Shown: piece after piece, positions 23,326 to 37,100 of the stretch | Position numbering within the stretch: the stretch's first letter is position 1 | How the letters are laid out: each line of letters begins with the position of its first letter | DNA from: Ylistrum balloti | Lineage: Eukaryota | NCBI RefSeq assembly: GCF_031769215.1 | Contig: NW_026782092.1 | Coordinates: 248,001-312,000, forward strand | Direction: 5' to 3' | Length of the DNA: 64,000 nucleotides | Notes under the pieces: model-generated | Told to the model about the DNA's origin: nothing | Seen by the model: only the letters and a program-made list of their open reading frames with translations | The model's database searches: none | Program-made: the position numbers and the translations under genes

Positions 23326-25849
23326 TTAAGCTACACAGGGCTGATATGACATCAGCTGATTAATAACATAGTGTTACATCATTGTTTCAGTACTTTGTAT
23401 ATATATATATTTGATTATCTAATTAGCAAAAAGGAAAACATTTAAACAAGAAAAAGTAAAGCCGAGGTACATTACAATGCCACTTTAAATAATTCTTTAT
23501 ATAATTTTTTATTCATGCATTGCAAAAAGTTACAAAAAAAAAAAAATCATCCTAACACTCCATAGTCCTATTCCTTATTTTTCAAATGAATCACAAAATA
23601 AGTTTTATTCAAAAGTAAGAATCCATATTGATTAAAACAGTTTAACTAATTACACTTTCATCCACTTGAGAAAAATTAATCTCATTTTTCTCTCACTTGT
23701 CAATTTATTTTATCTTAATTTTTTTCTCCTCATTCAAATGGATTATATCAGTCTCTAAAACATGGGACATCAACACAGAATGGCAATCACTCTCCAGACA
23801 TAGCTGGGGTGAATAGGGATTCCACTGTCGGTTTGAAAACACCCAGTACTGCTCCTTCCGACCTCTCATGTAATCTCTTATCAATCTGGTATGATCCCAG
23901 ATAGAATTCTTTAGAGAAATCGTAATGTAGGACTATTACTGTCGCTGTTGGGGACACCATACACACCCAGATATAATGTGTATAGGTACATTAGTAATTC
24001 CTCAGGCTGATAGCTACTGGACAGTCAGACAGAAATGGGGAGTACCTAAATAGTCTCCTTATTTCATACACCACAAAAGTCACACATCATCTCTGCGTGC
24101 CCAGAGAGCAGATGGAAATGAGAAAATATTGTTAACCACTTCCTTTAACAGCACTGGTCTATCCCTTGAGCCCTCCCATTGTAAGTCAAAATTCTACAAC
24201 AATCAAACTGCTTTACACCTAAACCCAGCATCTTACCAACTCTTTGATGACTTAATTTTTCTGGTTTTTTGTGTTTTTTTTGTGTTTTTGTTTCTATTAT
24301 TGTTTTTAACAATGAACCAGAAACATCTTCAGCATTTTTTAAAAAAATTTTTTTGAGTTTAGCAAATTTTACCAACATTATTCCAGTGTTTAAAAGTCTA
24401 GTTACAAAGTCACTGATGTTTCCATGTAACAAACAAGCACAAAATTTTCCATCAACAATTTGTAAAATAAACAGTTAAAATCACAAAATGTTAGGGCCTT
24501 AACCTGAAGTGTATGATTCCCTATACAGTGTCTTCCATCGTGAAAATTCCCATGAACTGTGCTTGTCCTATAAAAAAGGGCCACATCCAAGATCCCTCTT
24601 AACCCACAAGTACCTTGTACTTAGATTGTAACAATATAATATCATAAAGACTTGTAACTTTAGACAAGCATCCCTTTGAGAACTAGATATGGTCCATTAT
24701 TCTGTACAGAGTGACCCGACGTGTGAATTTGGGTTAACAACTTACAAGAGAAAGGCTTCTAATTTCACCACAAGGTCAAAGTAGCTTGGAGCTTATGCTG
24801 CATAATTTTCACTTCAAAATACTGATACTTAATGAAAGAAAATGTCTAATTAACTTTGGATAAAAAAACACATTTTAAAAGTGATTCCAATTAAGATAGT
24901 ATGTTTTATAATGATGTTCAAATCTAAAACTCACTTAATATCACAAATCAAGGAGTAACATTCTTAATTTTTAAAAAAAGTGATTAATAATGGAATGGAA
25001 TTGAAAAAATGAAGGTAATTTCATTGATACTTCTTTCATAAATATTTCAATCTGATATGAAAAAAAAACTTTACAACACAGACCCAATGTTACATACCAA
25101 GCCAGATTAAAATCTGTACTTCTCACTTACAAAGAACACCCAATTGGATATTGTGTAACAATCTGATCACTTTCACATTGATATATATCCTTGATGTATT
25201 AGGTCCTTATGTTCGCAGTATAAGGCAACATTTGACTAGAAATGGAACATGAAGGGTGTTGATGTTTCATTGTGAGGCATCGTCAACAATTAACAATTAA
25301 CGAGTCATATTATTAGAAAATGTAAAGCGAATAACAGCTGAATTAAAAAAGAAAACTTAATCAAGAAATTCTAGATCTAAATGACTTCTCAGTTTGAAAT
25401 TAAAAAATTGAAAAAAGAAAGAAAACAAATATGTCTTAGGTTTCCCAACAGAGCCATTTATCCATGGCCAGGCAAGGTGGCTATTTTTACAGTTGTTTTG
25501 ATCTCCATCATTCTATAATGAGATTTTCACAGAGACCTGCTGTAATACCCACTGTTGAAGGGGCGGTCTCCCTTGCCAGTGATCCTGTACATTTTCTAAG
25601 CTGAATGAGTATCAATAGAAAATACGATAGTTTGAATGAGAGATCCGTAGGTAAACAACATTCCACACTGGACTGGGAGCCTTAACCACTTTCTTCTTGG
25701 ATCAATAGTGTAACAGAAACCCCCACAACTTTCCGACCTTAGAGGCTTGTACAGGCATATTTGAACATTATATTAAAACTGAATTGGACCCTATAGTGGT
25801 ACTTTACGAGAAGTCTATGTGTCCATTTCAAGTGTTTTCAAATTCAATT

Positions 25850-26075
25850 TAGATGTGGAAAATATCCTTGAGATTTTGGAGTGATAAATGATTATCAGTC
25901 TTATATGTTGGTACTGAAAATATCCTTGAAACTTTGAAGTGAATATGAAATATATCAATTCAAGTTCATTGTAGTAGTGAAAAATAATCACTGAACCCTT
26001 GTAAAACTCATTTCAAATGTGTGTCACTTAAATAAAGGTGTGGGAAATATCCTTGAAATTTTGAAGTGAACATGT
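25850..26075. repeat. Degenerate short repeats with core aaatatccttga.a.tttg.agtga
   Basis: Core seen near 25860, 25918 and 26046, with a partial copy near 26278. Confidence 0.6.
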
Positions 26076-29054
26076 GATATAGAAATAGGATTCTGGTAAT
26101 AGGTTCTCAATGATCCATCTCTTTTACCATAAATATTTAGGGTTTGTATACACTAATGTACATATTTTCTTTCTGCATTGTACAAATTACTGAATGTGTT
26201 GATATTTAAATATGATTTACAAAGTTTTCTTTGTTAACCAAATTATTTAACCTACCCAAGCTCATTGAGATGAAAACAAATATCCTTGAATGAAATTTAA
26301 TTGCTATTAATCGATATATTGGTGTGTCAAACACGTGCTCTACAAAGAGAAATGGATATGTTTGCTTTCCTTGTTTCTCTACACAAGAACATTTCACACC
26401 TATGAGTTTATACTTTTAGACTTTTGAAAGATCAATATGTTTAACAAAGCTGTTGAAAATTTATACAACATGTTAAATTCACATCTCAATAGGTATTACC
26501 GCCACAACAGAACATTTATGCTGAAAAATGATTCAACAATTTTTAATCTTGACATGAATTATCTTAATTATATACATATTATATATAACACAACCAGCAG
26601 AAATTTCAGAACGTTGTCTTCAGGCTGGTTATGTCAAAATGTTCCAAAATATCCAAACTAAATAGGGACAAGTTGTTGTCAAAGATGTGCAAAACATGAG
26701 AGCCTTGAAAAGAAATTAGCAAGACAAAGAAATCACCTTGTGGTTAACAGGATAGATACGGGCTAAAAGGCTCTTGCACATCTATGACCAAGTGTTAAAC
26801 AAAGTGGAGCCGAATTGACTACAATGTATTGTTACCATCTGCGTACTTTTTGTCTATAATCTGTTTACCATCTCATTACACCATTTTCGACCTTAGCGTA
26901 CATATGATTATAGTACAGTTAAAAAAGTTGGTTGATTCCTTTCCATGTCATACACTACGTACATAGATGCCAGTACGTTCCAAATTGTAATTTGTCTGAT
27001 GAAGGTGACCATGCAGTAATCAAAATGTCAAATTTAAATCTTTTACCGGTTGTGTTATAAGTACATCCTATTCCATCAACCTGACAACAGTATGATACTC
27101 TTCAGCTACCCATATTTATTGCAGAAAAATGATACTTTTTTTTTTTTAAATATGAAGTTCTTCAACTCTAAAAAGCCTGGAATCAAGAAACAGAACTCTG
27201 AAATTAAGAAAAGACATCCATCAATTTGTCTGGTAAAGACCCAGGCTTCAATTCTTCAGCTGATCAAACAGAGAAAGTGATTATTTTTCTTCGTAATTTC
27301 TCCTCCAATTTGTCTATTGCAGTGGTGAAGAATTCATCGAATAGTACAGACATGTTTGTCCTGATATCTAGAGTTTAAAGTACAGTCAAATTCTGTTATC
27401 TAGAGTGCTTAATAGCACGAAAAATCTATCATGACTTTGATTTGACAATACACTAATTGCAGCATATTGCTGACAATGCTAGCCAGTGTTTCTCAGATTT
27501 GATTTCTGTATTCCTTAGAGGATGTTTAGTGAGGATCCATTGCGAATGCAGGGGTCCGGCATATTTATTAGTTTCATAAACACACACTTCTCCCCTTTCC
27601 AACTAATTTACCAGTAAATTTTCTACCATATTAAAACTTTCAAAAACATTCAAAATTTTAATATTATTTTACATATGTTTTCAATTGTCAAGTATTGCCT
27701 GCAGTCTTTCTTTTTCAGTTTGTTGTCCCTTACTTACAGTTAAAAGATTCTACGAAGAAGAGAGAAAAAAAAAAAAAAAAGACAACGGAATTGCATCTAA
27801 TTCTATCTACAAAACGTGTTTAAAAGTACGTCTTGCTCACAGAAGAGTCCTTACAAGAGTAATGACATATTCCGAACTCAGCAAGAATGTAGCTGTTTAA
27901 AAGCGTTGTGAACAATTACATACACCACTCCAATTTCCGTCCACAAGGTAGTTTCACGACCAGTCAAGCTAATAGGCAACAACTTCCATTCTAATTAACT
28001 TGCATAGAGTACTTTTAGATCATTGTAATTGAAATGAATGTTCAATTAATGAGTTCAAGTGAACTCTTTAATGATTAAAACTAACTTTAAAAGTTTTTTT
28101 TACCATTTTTATATTTAAAATGATTTTTAAATTCCAATATCATTTAAAAAACAATTCGTTCCTTTTTTCCTCCTAGACACTGAATTCTTCAATTACAAAA
28201 GGAATTTGTCACAAAATTTGTAGCATTCTGATTTCTGTTACAACCACACTCCTCGACAATAAGCAAGGCTAGATTTGATTTGTTGGAAACTACAGGAAGC
28301 CATATCTCAAACAAATAGAATGCAACTATTCCATGAAGGATATTACTCTAACACATCATTGCACTCAAATGAATTTTAAAAGAAAATCATTTTATTTCGA
28401 AATGTGTTCCGTAAAAAACAAACAATCCCAGGACAAAATTCATTTAACTGATAACAAAGTTATCATTACTGAAAATGAAGCATTATTTTCTGAAGGTCTG
28501 ACATGAACATTTCAATAATTTTAAGAAATGATAGGAATTGTTTTGTCCTTCAAGGACTTGTCATTAATGCTTTGAAAAGAGCTTAAATTTTGAAAGCCTA
28601 GGAGGTTATGTCAGCTATGAAATATCTATAATAGTGAAGAAAAAGATTTTCCAGGAGTACCAACACACAAATCCTAAAATCAATCCTGAAATGAGTGATC
28701 AGTCCTGTCCCATCCCCAACCCATCAACCTACTCCCTCCTCTCGGAAAAGAAGGGTAAAAAAGGAAAAACAAACATCAGGAGCAGGCAAAAGAAACATAC
28801 AAAACAATCAACAAACAGAAAGACAACTACATTCTATGTTTGTTTTCAGTTTGGGGTTTTGAAGTCGCCTGTGAAGTACTATTGTCATTTATTGTTATCT
28901 TAACTGAAGACTGAAGTTGAATTTGTCTCTCATACTGAAATTGATCATGAAAATAGATACTGAAGAAAAAGACAACAGTGCTGTGTCCCCATATCAACTG
29001 ATGAAAGCAAAGAATCTGCTATTTATACCCTCATGACAACTTTGTAAGGCTTAC

Positions 29055-29247
29055 CTTCAATATGGGAACAATTCTCTCTTGTTCTCGACTTCGAATGTTA
29101 ATACGTGACACAATTCTTGATCCTTGTGATGTGTAGGATTCATGCTGTTGATCCCGTTCATATTCGATACTCCAAATGATTCGTCCTGTTCCTATGTTTG
29201 ATCCTGTCTCTTCCACTTCTACTCGCCATTTGAAAATTTCTTGCACT
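29055..29247 (-). CDS. TMEM132: TMEM132-family protein, exon equivalent to vertebrate exon 4 (193 nt, phase 2 in, phase 0 out)
   Basis: Acceptor tgtatttccag|A and donor AAG|gtaagc. Encodes VQEIFKWRVEVEE...IIWSIEY...RIVPILK, resembling vertebrate EVMQ...VTWQVEY...GVVPLAM. Lies within ORF 29031-29306. Confidence 0.92.
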
Positions 29248-31489
29248 CTGGAAATACACAAATTTAAAATCATGTCACAAAAATCAGATAAATATATGTA
29301 AATCAATGACTTTTAAAAACCAGAGAAAGACACTTAACACAACATCATAGTTTACCTGTGACCTGAATACTCTACAGCACTTTCACATCTTAACTTAGAG
29401 TTTTGATCAAATGTTTTATATTCATTTTGATACATTTCATTATCATTTTTTTCCCCCCAAATTATTATCATAATTCTAATGTTTAACAACTAAAAGTGGC
29501 CAATTTCAAAAATGCTTCATTTTCAATAAAACATCAGGAAGCTGAAAAATAGTCAGGTCTGTGATGTCATGTCCGAGGGCAAGAAACGTTATCCCAAATG
29601 CACAGGATGGCACATAATGGGTGTTCCATATGTTTTTCATTGAAGTAGCTATCAGCATAAAAAATTACCACGACTTCATGGGAAGATAAACCAAACAAGC
29701 AGACAAAAAATTCTCTGTGATATCAATTAGAGAAACAGATAAAGCCAGAAAACCAAACCATTCAGATTATGTATGACATTGAACATGTCATCCCAGTCTT
29801 GATTTTTGTACTGTCACTGCCTCATTAAAAACAAACCAAATCCAGTGGAATTTAAGATAACCTCATTAACAACTACATATTGAGTTCAATCATGACGAAA
29901 GCCTGATACCATTTCAGTCCTGGCTGAAAGATGGCAAAGTTGTTGTCGCCAGTAAGGTTACTGTTGCCATTATGGCAGTGTTACAATCCTTTAACCAGCC
30001 ATAAATATATGGACCTTTGCAGAGTTAGGTTACAGAATATTGAGAAAACACTTAGGAAATGTATCTTCCATGACCTCTGGAAAAAACACGTGGAATAAAA
30101 CTTCCAAGAAATTCTTGAAGAAGAAGTAAACTTGGAAATTAAGCCATTATCATCACACCATCACAGCTTAGTACAAAATGATACCAAAATCCAGCATTTT
30201 TGTACAACTTTAATCATTTGAAAGGGTGATTGACTCTGGAAGTCTGGAGAACATGACATTTCTTGGTGAAGTCAATTAGTTATCTCTTACATATTTGCAA
30301 TTATTTAGGAAAAAAGTAAAAGGTATTGAAATTGATGTGTAATTTCTGGTCTTTTGCATATCACTGTAAGGGAAAAATTCAAAATACAATTCTATCAGGT
30401 TTACCTGGCAACTTGTTTTATTTGTATACTGTGATTGCTTCATAACTATGAATACTTCATAAATGAGAATTAACTTAAAATGACGATCAACCTCACAAAA
30501 ACAAAATTTTAGGATTCAAACCCACTGACAGGTAAATAAGTCAGTTTCAGATATTTGGAATGGGGTAGAGGTAAAGTATTTGTAAAATATTCAATTTATC
30601 AAAATCCCATTTCATTCCCCCAATTTTGACTCTCATATCACTTCTAAAAAATATAAAATTACATGACATGAATACAAGATCAGGAAAAAAAAAAGACCTG
30701 GTTTAGTTTCCTTGGTAAACACAATGTCGATAAAAATAAAAGGTTTATGCATATGTAGGATGACAAGGCCTTCAGCGGACAAGTCAAATCTCTGAACCAG
30801 GCAGCTCATATGTAGAGCTGCTATCTCTCTACCACAGTGTTTCTACACGGATTAAGTGAAGCGTGGGTTCTACATTACAGGGTAGGTTTCACTTGTATAG
30901 GCCTCAAAATCATTTAAAAACACATTCTGCTATCACTTAAAGGTCACTGAGCTATCCTGTTAAAGTTTCCTATATAGACATCAACTGTAAGGCTGAAACT
31001 TATTGCCATCATTCATTATTCATAAAAAAAACATAAATATAACCTTTAGAGAAAATTTCAAGAAGAATAAAAAAAAAAAAAGAAAAAACAGTTTTGCTCT
31101 TTTCTTCGAAGACCACATTTGGTGAATAAACTTTAAAATAAAGATTGGTATCATATAGCTTGTTATTTTTCTGGGGATGGTATTTTCTTAATATAGCAGT
31201 ACATTAATGTCAAAGCGAAATGATGAGATACATGTGTATGAGATGACCTTTTATAGCCAGAGAGCGAAATTCCACTAACTATAATTTGATCATTTTAAAA
31301 GAAAGTCCTGAAAATCTGACCCATGAAAATGACCAGTTATACAGTATTTAACAAATAAATAATACGTATCCTATTACATCTAACACAATCATCAATTTAA
31401 ACAGTTAAATTTGGACACAATATAGTTACCTGTACTAACAAGATTCTATATCATTCTACCATAGCAATTTTGTAAGTTGTAATCTAAAT

Positions 31490-31700
31490 TTCATCAAATA
31501 TTTTGATGAAATTCTGAACATTGTTACTCAGAGAATTGTCAACTGGAAACCACAAACATTCAACCATCATTTGATCAAATGTTTCAAATTTGTTTGTAAG
31601 TCTTCATAAATTCACTTCCACAGTAACAAATTCATTCTATTGAAATAATGAACATTGATAATACCAAAATTCTGAAAATATCTAAAGTAGAGAAAACTAC
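31490..31700 (-). mobile_element. Possible decayed LINE reverse-transcriptase fragment
   Basis: Manual translation with stops gives FNRMNLLLWK*IYEDLQTNLKHLIK*WLNVCGFQL, resembling the post-FADD segment FADD..LL....EDLQ..LN.L..W....L. Weak. Confidence 0.3.
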
Positions 31701-33419
31701 TGGGAATTTTTGTTAATTTGATATAAATCATTGAATTTTTTTTTTCTTAGATAAATATAGAATAATTTTCAAAATGACTGAAAGTGAAAGAGAATGATTT
31801 ATCCATTTTTTTTTTTTTTTAAAAGATAGGACAGGCATTATCATTCAACACAATAGCACATGTGTTGAAATAAGTATATTTGCTTAACTACTTGTATTTG
31901 TATTTATGTGTGCTGGAAGTTGTATGTGCATTCCATTTGTTATAGGTTCTTATTTGATAAAGTTCACAGGACTATCAAGTCCTTAAGTGTTATATCATAA
32001 CATTATACTTCACCGAAACATTAAATTATATCATATTAAAAAATTGTGTAAACTGATAAACTATAATAATATTTGCCTTGTATAAAATAATTTCAACATG
32101 TGATACATTTTCATAAATCAGAATTATCTCCCTTAAAAACTCCTTCAACTTGATTATATGTGATGATATATTTAGTTTGACATAAATATATTACACATAA
32201 TTCATTCTGAGAATGTTGTGTGCAGTAATTTTTTTTTCTGGCAAGACCAGAGCATCATTTTCAAAATTTTGATGAGTCTAGTTACAAAGATATATAGTTG
32301 ATTCTCAAAATTTGAGCACGTCCCACAAAAAAATCATTCAATACTTTAACTTTATCTCCACATTATGAACCTTTTCATAAATAGATAAAATCCAGTCACA
32401 TACTTAAGATAGCACACACTCTTAAGTGCTTTGGTCTAAGACTAGGGGATACATAAAGATTAACATTATTTGTTTGATGAAAACCTATTTTCTTTAAAAG
32501 TCTTGCTAACACAAAGCCTGATTTCAAATGCTGATATTTGTTGGTAAACAAATACATCAATTTTTTTCAAAGCATTTAAATGATGATTTAATGTCTTGTA
32601 TTTTATTCTATTAATGTATCGATTACACAAAAGAGTCGGAGACTGTTTCACATCCAAAGCTTTCTAAAAGATTAATCAAGATCTTTATCAGAATCCTTGG
32701 AAAGTTCATGAGAAACATTGTCTTCAACATAAAATCCCATCATGATTCAAGAATGAGAGCCAGATCCTAGGAATAACGTCAATAGCTGGTAGAAACTCAA
32801 GGGCATGCTGTCAAATGGGAAAGTGATAAAACTTGTGTGATGAGAATTTTTTTTTAAAAGAAAACAAACAACGATTATGTTGGTGCTGTGGAATTTTCTT
32901 TAAGCACAGATCCTGCTATACATTGATATTATTAATGCTGTCTTTCCAGATTGCAAAATTGAAGAATTTTTCAAACCACTATATACTAAATAAAAAAAAA
33001 GAAGAAAATCCTGAAGCAGAAGATAAACACAACACAAGTTAACCCCTGTTATCTCTACCTTCACTGCTGTTTGCATGCCACAATCCTTTAGGTAGGAATT
33101 GCTTCACAACTGACATGAAATCAATTTTCTTCAATGGAAAGAATTTTAGATTATCACATATTTACTGCCTCACATCCAATCATATCAATGAAGGTTTGAT
33201 ATTGATTTTGAATATTTCAGGAAACTGAGCTATCAAAAAAATTGTCCATTTTTTATCTAGAATATAAGTAAATTTTCATAAATTCATGCCATAACATGTC
33301 AGGTTCTTGCGACCTATTTTCTTTGGCATGAAACCACTAACATGAGTGTTATACCTATAGATTTGCTTGCCTGATAGCTATATCACTGTTTTGGTGTTGC
33401 CAATTTCCTTCAGCATTTC

Positions 33420-33720
33420 TTATCCTGTTTATATTGATATTAACATGGAAATTGCAATTACATCTGAGACGTTGCCAGAAAAATTGCGGCTAACTTCTCC
33501 AAATTCTACACATTTATGTACTCTGTTGGAAACTGGACATAATTAAAAGTAATGCTGTAACATTCACAGATGCAAACATGTTTCTTTGCCACAAAAAAAT
33601 TGTCAATATTGATGACATCATAAATGACAACTTCATCCCCTTGTATGGAGATATAAAATTATATGTTTAAGAAAGAAACAAACAAACATTACTATATCTG
33701 AAACCCTAAAAAATATGATG
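33420..33720 (+). mobile_element. Possible decayed LINE (L2/CR1-type) ORF2 C-terminal fragment
   Basis: EKLRLTSPNSTHLCTLLETGHN, then after a frameshift FLCHKKIVNIDDIINDNFIPLYGDIKLY. Resembles KLRLSSH.L.IETGR...C.LC....IEDE.HF...CPLY..IR. Confidence 0.4.
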
Positions 33721-34199
33721 TCTAATTTCCTTCATGCCCCCAAAAAGAATATAATTTGAGTATTTGTGCAAAATTGGGGTATTAAAAAAGAAAACACACA
33801 CGTGTTTGACATTTAGTTAAATTTTGAATAAAACACTAAATTTGGGTGCAGTCAAAATACTACACCATATAGGATAGATTTAATGTATCATACAGGGTGG
33901 TAACTGCATTATACAGGGTGAAAGCTGCTTCACAGAGAGTAAAAACTTAATCATATAAACATTTTTATTGCCATTTAGTTTTGAGAAATATTTTTTCCAA
34001 ATGGCACATACAAGCTTTATCAATCTCTCTAAAAGGTGCTGGTTTTGTCAACTACAAAGCGAAAAAAAACCCCATAAATTTTCCAAATATGATAAATTAC
34101 TAATGTATCTGCAGTTAAGATCCCACTGTCCTTTCATCAAGCTCACATCTCAATTGTTGTCCTGCAGTTATTTATGTAACAAATCATTTCATTTTTGTA

Positions 34200-37100
34200 A
34201 TTTAACATTGCACCTTCAAAGGAACATACAATGGCATAACATCATTATCTCAAGGTCCAACTGTCCCCTCCAACTACAATACAATCAAATGTTACACACT
34301 TATTTCAATTACAGCATATCATTTCTCTCTTCCTGATCTTGCAATATTTCTGCCTTCCAGCTACATAGAGCATTTGAAACATGTTGCCAGTGAGAAAAGG
34401 TTTTTTTATCTATCAATATCTGAACAGATACTTAATAAATATTCAACTTCTTCCCGTTTTTTCCTTCTTTCAACTGGTGCATGAAAACAACTAAATTCTA
34501 TACTTTCTGAATTTTGCTATTTATCTTTCATTTTGATGGCCTGACATTTGTATTGGTATCCCTATTGTTATTGCTTTTCAATTTTTATGTTCGAGTTTGA
34601 AATTAAATGCCATATTTCCATGAAATGCATCAGGTATAATTTTTGTCTGCTCACTGCTTATTTACATAAATCTCGCCCTTATCTGATGTCTCTGATACAT
34701 TGATAAGGATATTTTTTGTAGCTGTGATTTTAACATGAACACATTTCCACTGAACATACATGACATAATTAACATGTACCCATTTATCAAACACCACATC
34801 AAATCTGGGTACTTTTTCAACTTGTCACTCCCCATTGTGACATTTCACCACAAACACAGACAAATCATGCGCTCTTTTCATTTCAAACCCATCAACTTGC
34901 TCCAGTATCAAATGATTTCATTTTCTATGGTGACATAAATATTCTGAGAATAAATCTCACAACAAAAGTTATGGACTATCAGAACCTAAATCCAGCACAT
35001 TTCTCAAATGTCACGCTAACTTTCAAATGATTCTCGACCTACGCATAACTCTTTCTATTAATACCCTGTAACTTCAATTTCACCTGGTTTGATTCACCTG
35101 TCAAGCATTATATAACCCTTGTCTGATCGACAGTGGAAACCCAGCTCCAAATGGAAAGACCATACATATCAGTAGTGCTATGCCCCCTATCTCTCTCTAG
35201 AATGACCTCATAAATTTCTTGCTCCCTATCTTTCATTAACAACAGTGGCTGAGTGAGTCACATGAGTCATTTACAACCTGGACAAAGGCCACAGGTGATG
35301 GGCAAACACATCGCCCTGACAAATACCACTGGCTTTTCAGTAAATGCTGGACAAATCTATGCCCAACCCACTAGGCTCTCTATATACTGTGATATATATT
35401 TACATATAGTGAAACGGAAATGCTGTGAAACATATTTCATTAAAATTGAAAAAATGTAAATAAATAAATAAAAAAAATTAAAACAAAGGTAAGAACTGTG
35501 AGTGAATAGCAAATTAAGATGAAAATATTTTTGCTTCAAACAATGCAAGACTCCTTACCGGTAATTTCTAAAATTGTCACATTGACAGAATCATCATAGA
35601 TATATCCTTCTATTCATTATAACAATTCTTCCAAAAGATACCAACAATGCTAATTTAAGTCGGTCGTGATTTCTTAGTGAACTATAGACAATCAAATGGT
35701 TAAGCCATGAATTATTGATCCCTTTTGCCAACACCTTACCACAGAGCTGTAACCATCGAGAGGCAGGGATATCTAAATATATACAAAAGCACTTAAAGCA
35801 CTTTTATTTAAGACAGTATGGTGTCCTCCATAAAACATCTCTAACATTTCAGCCTAGTATCCATATAAGAGTATTAATACCTTTTTTTCAATCTTTCACC
35901 CTTGTTTTTTATCATCTTCACTTGAACTTATCTGGACTAAACATTTGTTGGAATCCTGATTAGCATAATGAAAAATAGATTTACACTTACCATTTAAAAT
36001 TTTGTAAAATGGATTATTTTATAAAGGATCTAATCAGTCTGATATACAAAAAATCAACAATATTTGCGAAGACATATTCTATGGAAAAAAATTTTTTTCT
36101 CAGAAAATCTGTCAGATTGAAGGAAAGCTAACAGAGCTTTTAACCCATATCCTTGGGTGTTAAAACACTTGTTTTACACTGATTTAATAACATTATCAGA
36201 CAGGCCCTCACATCTGGTCAGCTCATAGCCACTGTAGTCTGCTGAGTTGGCATATTACCTACACTTACAAAGGAGATAACTCAAGTGTAAATGAGGTCAT
36301 ATAACCCAACTATGGTCAAAGCTACTGCAGATGTCTTTTTTTCTAATACATTTATATCTATACTTTAACTTGAGATTTACGTCAAAATGGCAAATCGGCA
36401 TATTGTTTGCAATTTAAATATAGATAATTCAAATGTGAAAATGCAGCGGAAGATAACCATTGAAAAATGAAACAATATCATATGTATGTTCTAATTAATG
36501 ATTCAATATACAAGACTTTTCCAGAATCACAGAAATATTGTTCATGTATCTAAAATTATCAAAATTTATCCTGATTGTTCCTGTATTTAATAAAAAGGTT
36601 GAAATGGAGTCACTGAATTCTAAGTAACAGGATTTAAAACACTAGTCCATTTTCTTCCCAGTGGGAAACTAAGACCCTGGGATTTTCATTTTGGCTAACA
36701 GCTGATTTATAACATTTCAGACCTAGAACAGCATCTAACTAGAAACATAACTTGTGGAATTTTACTCCATTTTAAGAAAATTAAATGAGAAAGAACTTAA
36801 TCTGCTAATGTGACTTTTTGTTACTTAAGTATCAATTTCATTAAAGCTGTAGCAAAATTCTGTTTTGGATGTCAAGTCTGTTGCTAATTTCATCATATCA
36901 ACATGGTAACAGGTACATTATGACCTGTGTGCATGTAAATCATGAAAAATATCAAAATTACCTAATTTTAAAATTTCAAGATAAATTTTTGAACCTAATA
37001 CACTCAATATAACACAGAACATTTTCTGATTAATAATGTATACATGTGTGATAATGAAAGAACTGATACAAGGTCTTTTTCCTTGATAACCATTAGATCA

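Noticed and set aside
35556-35610. Exon-like GYIYDDSVNVTILEIT followed by G|gtaagg
   Set aside because: There is an in-frame stop just upstream and no good acceptor. Its phase 1 end does not fit the phase-2 acceptor at 29247, and it has no TMEM132 similarity.
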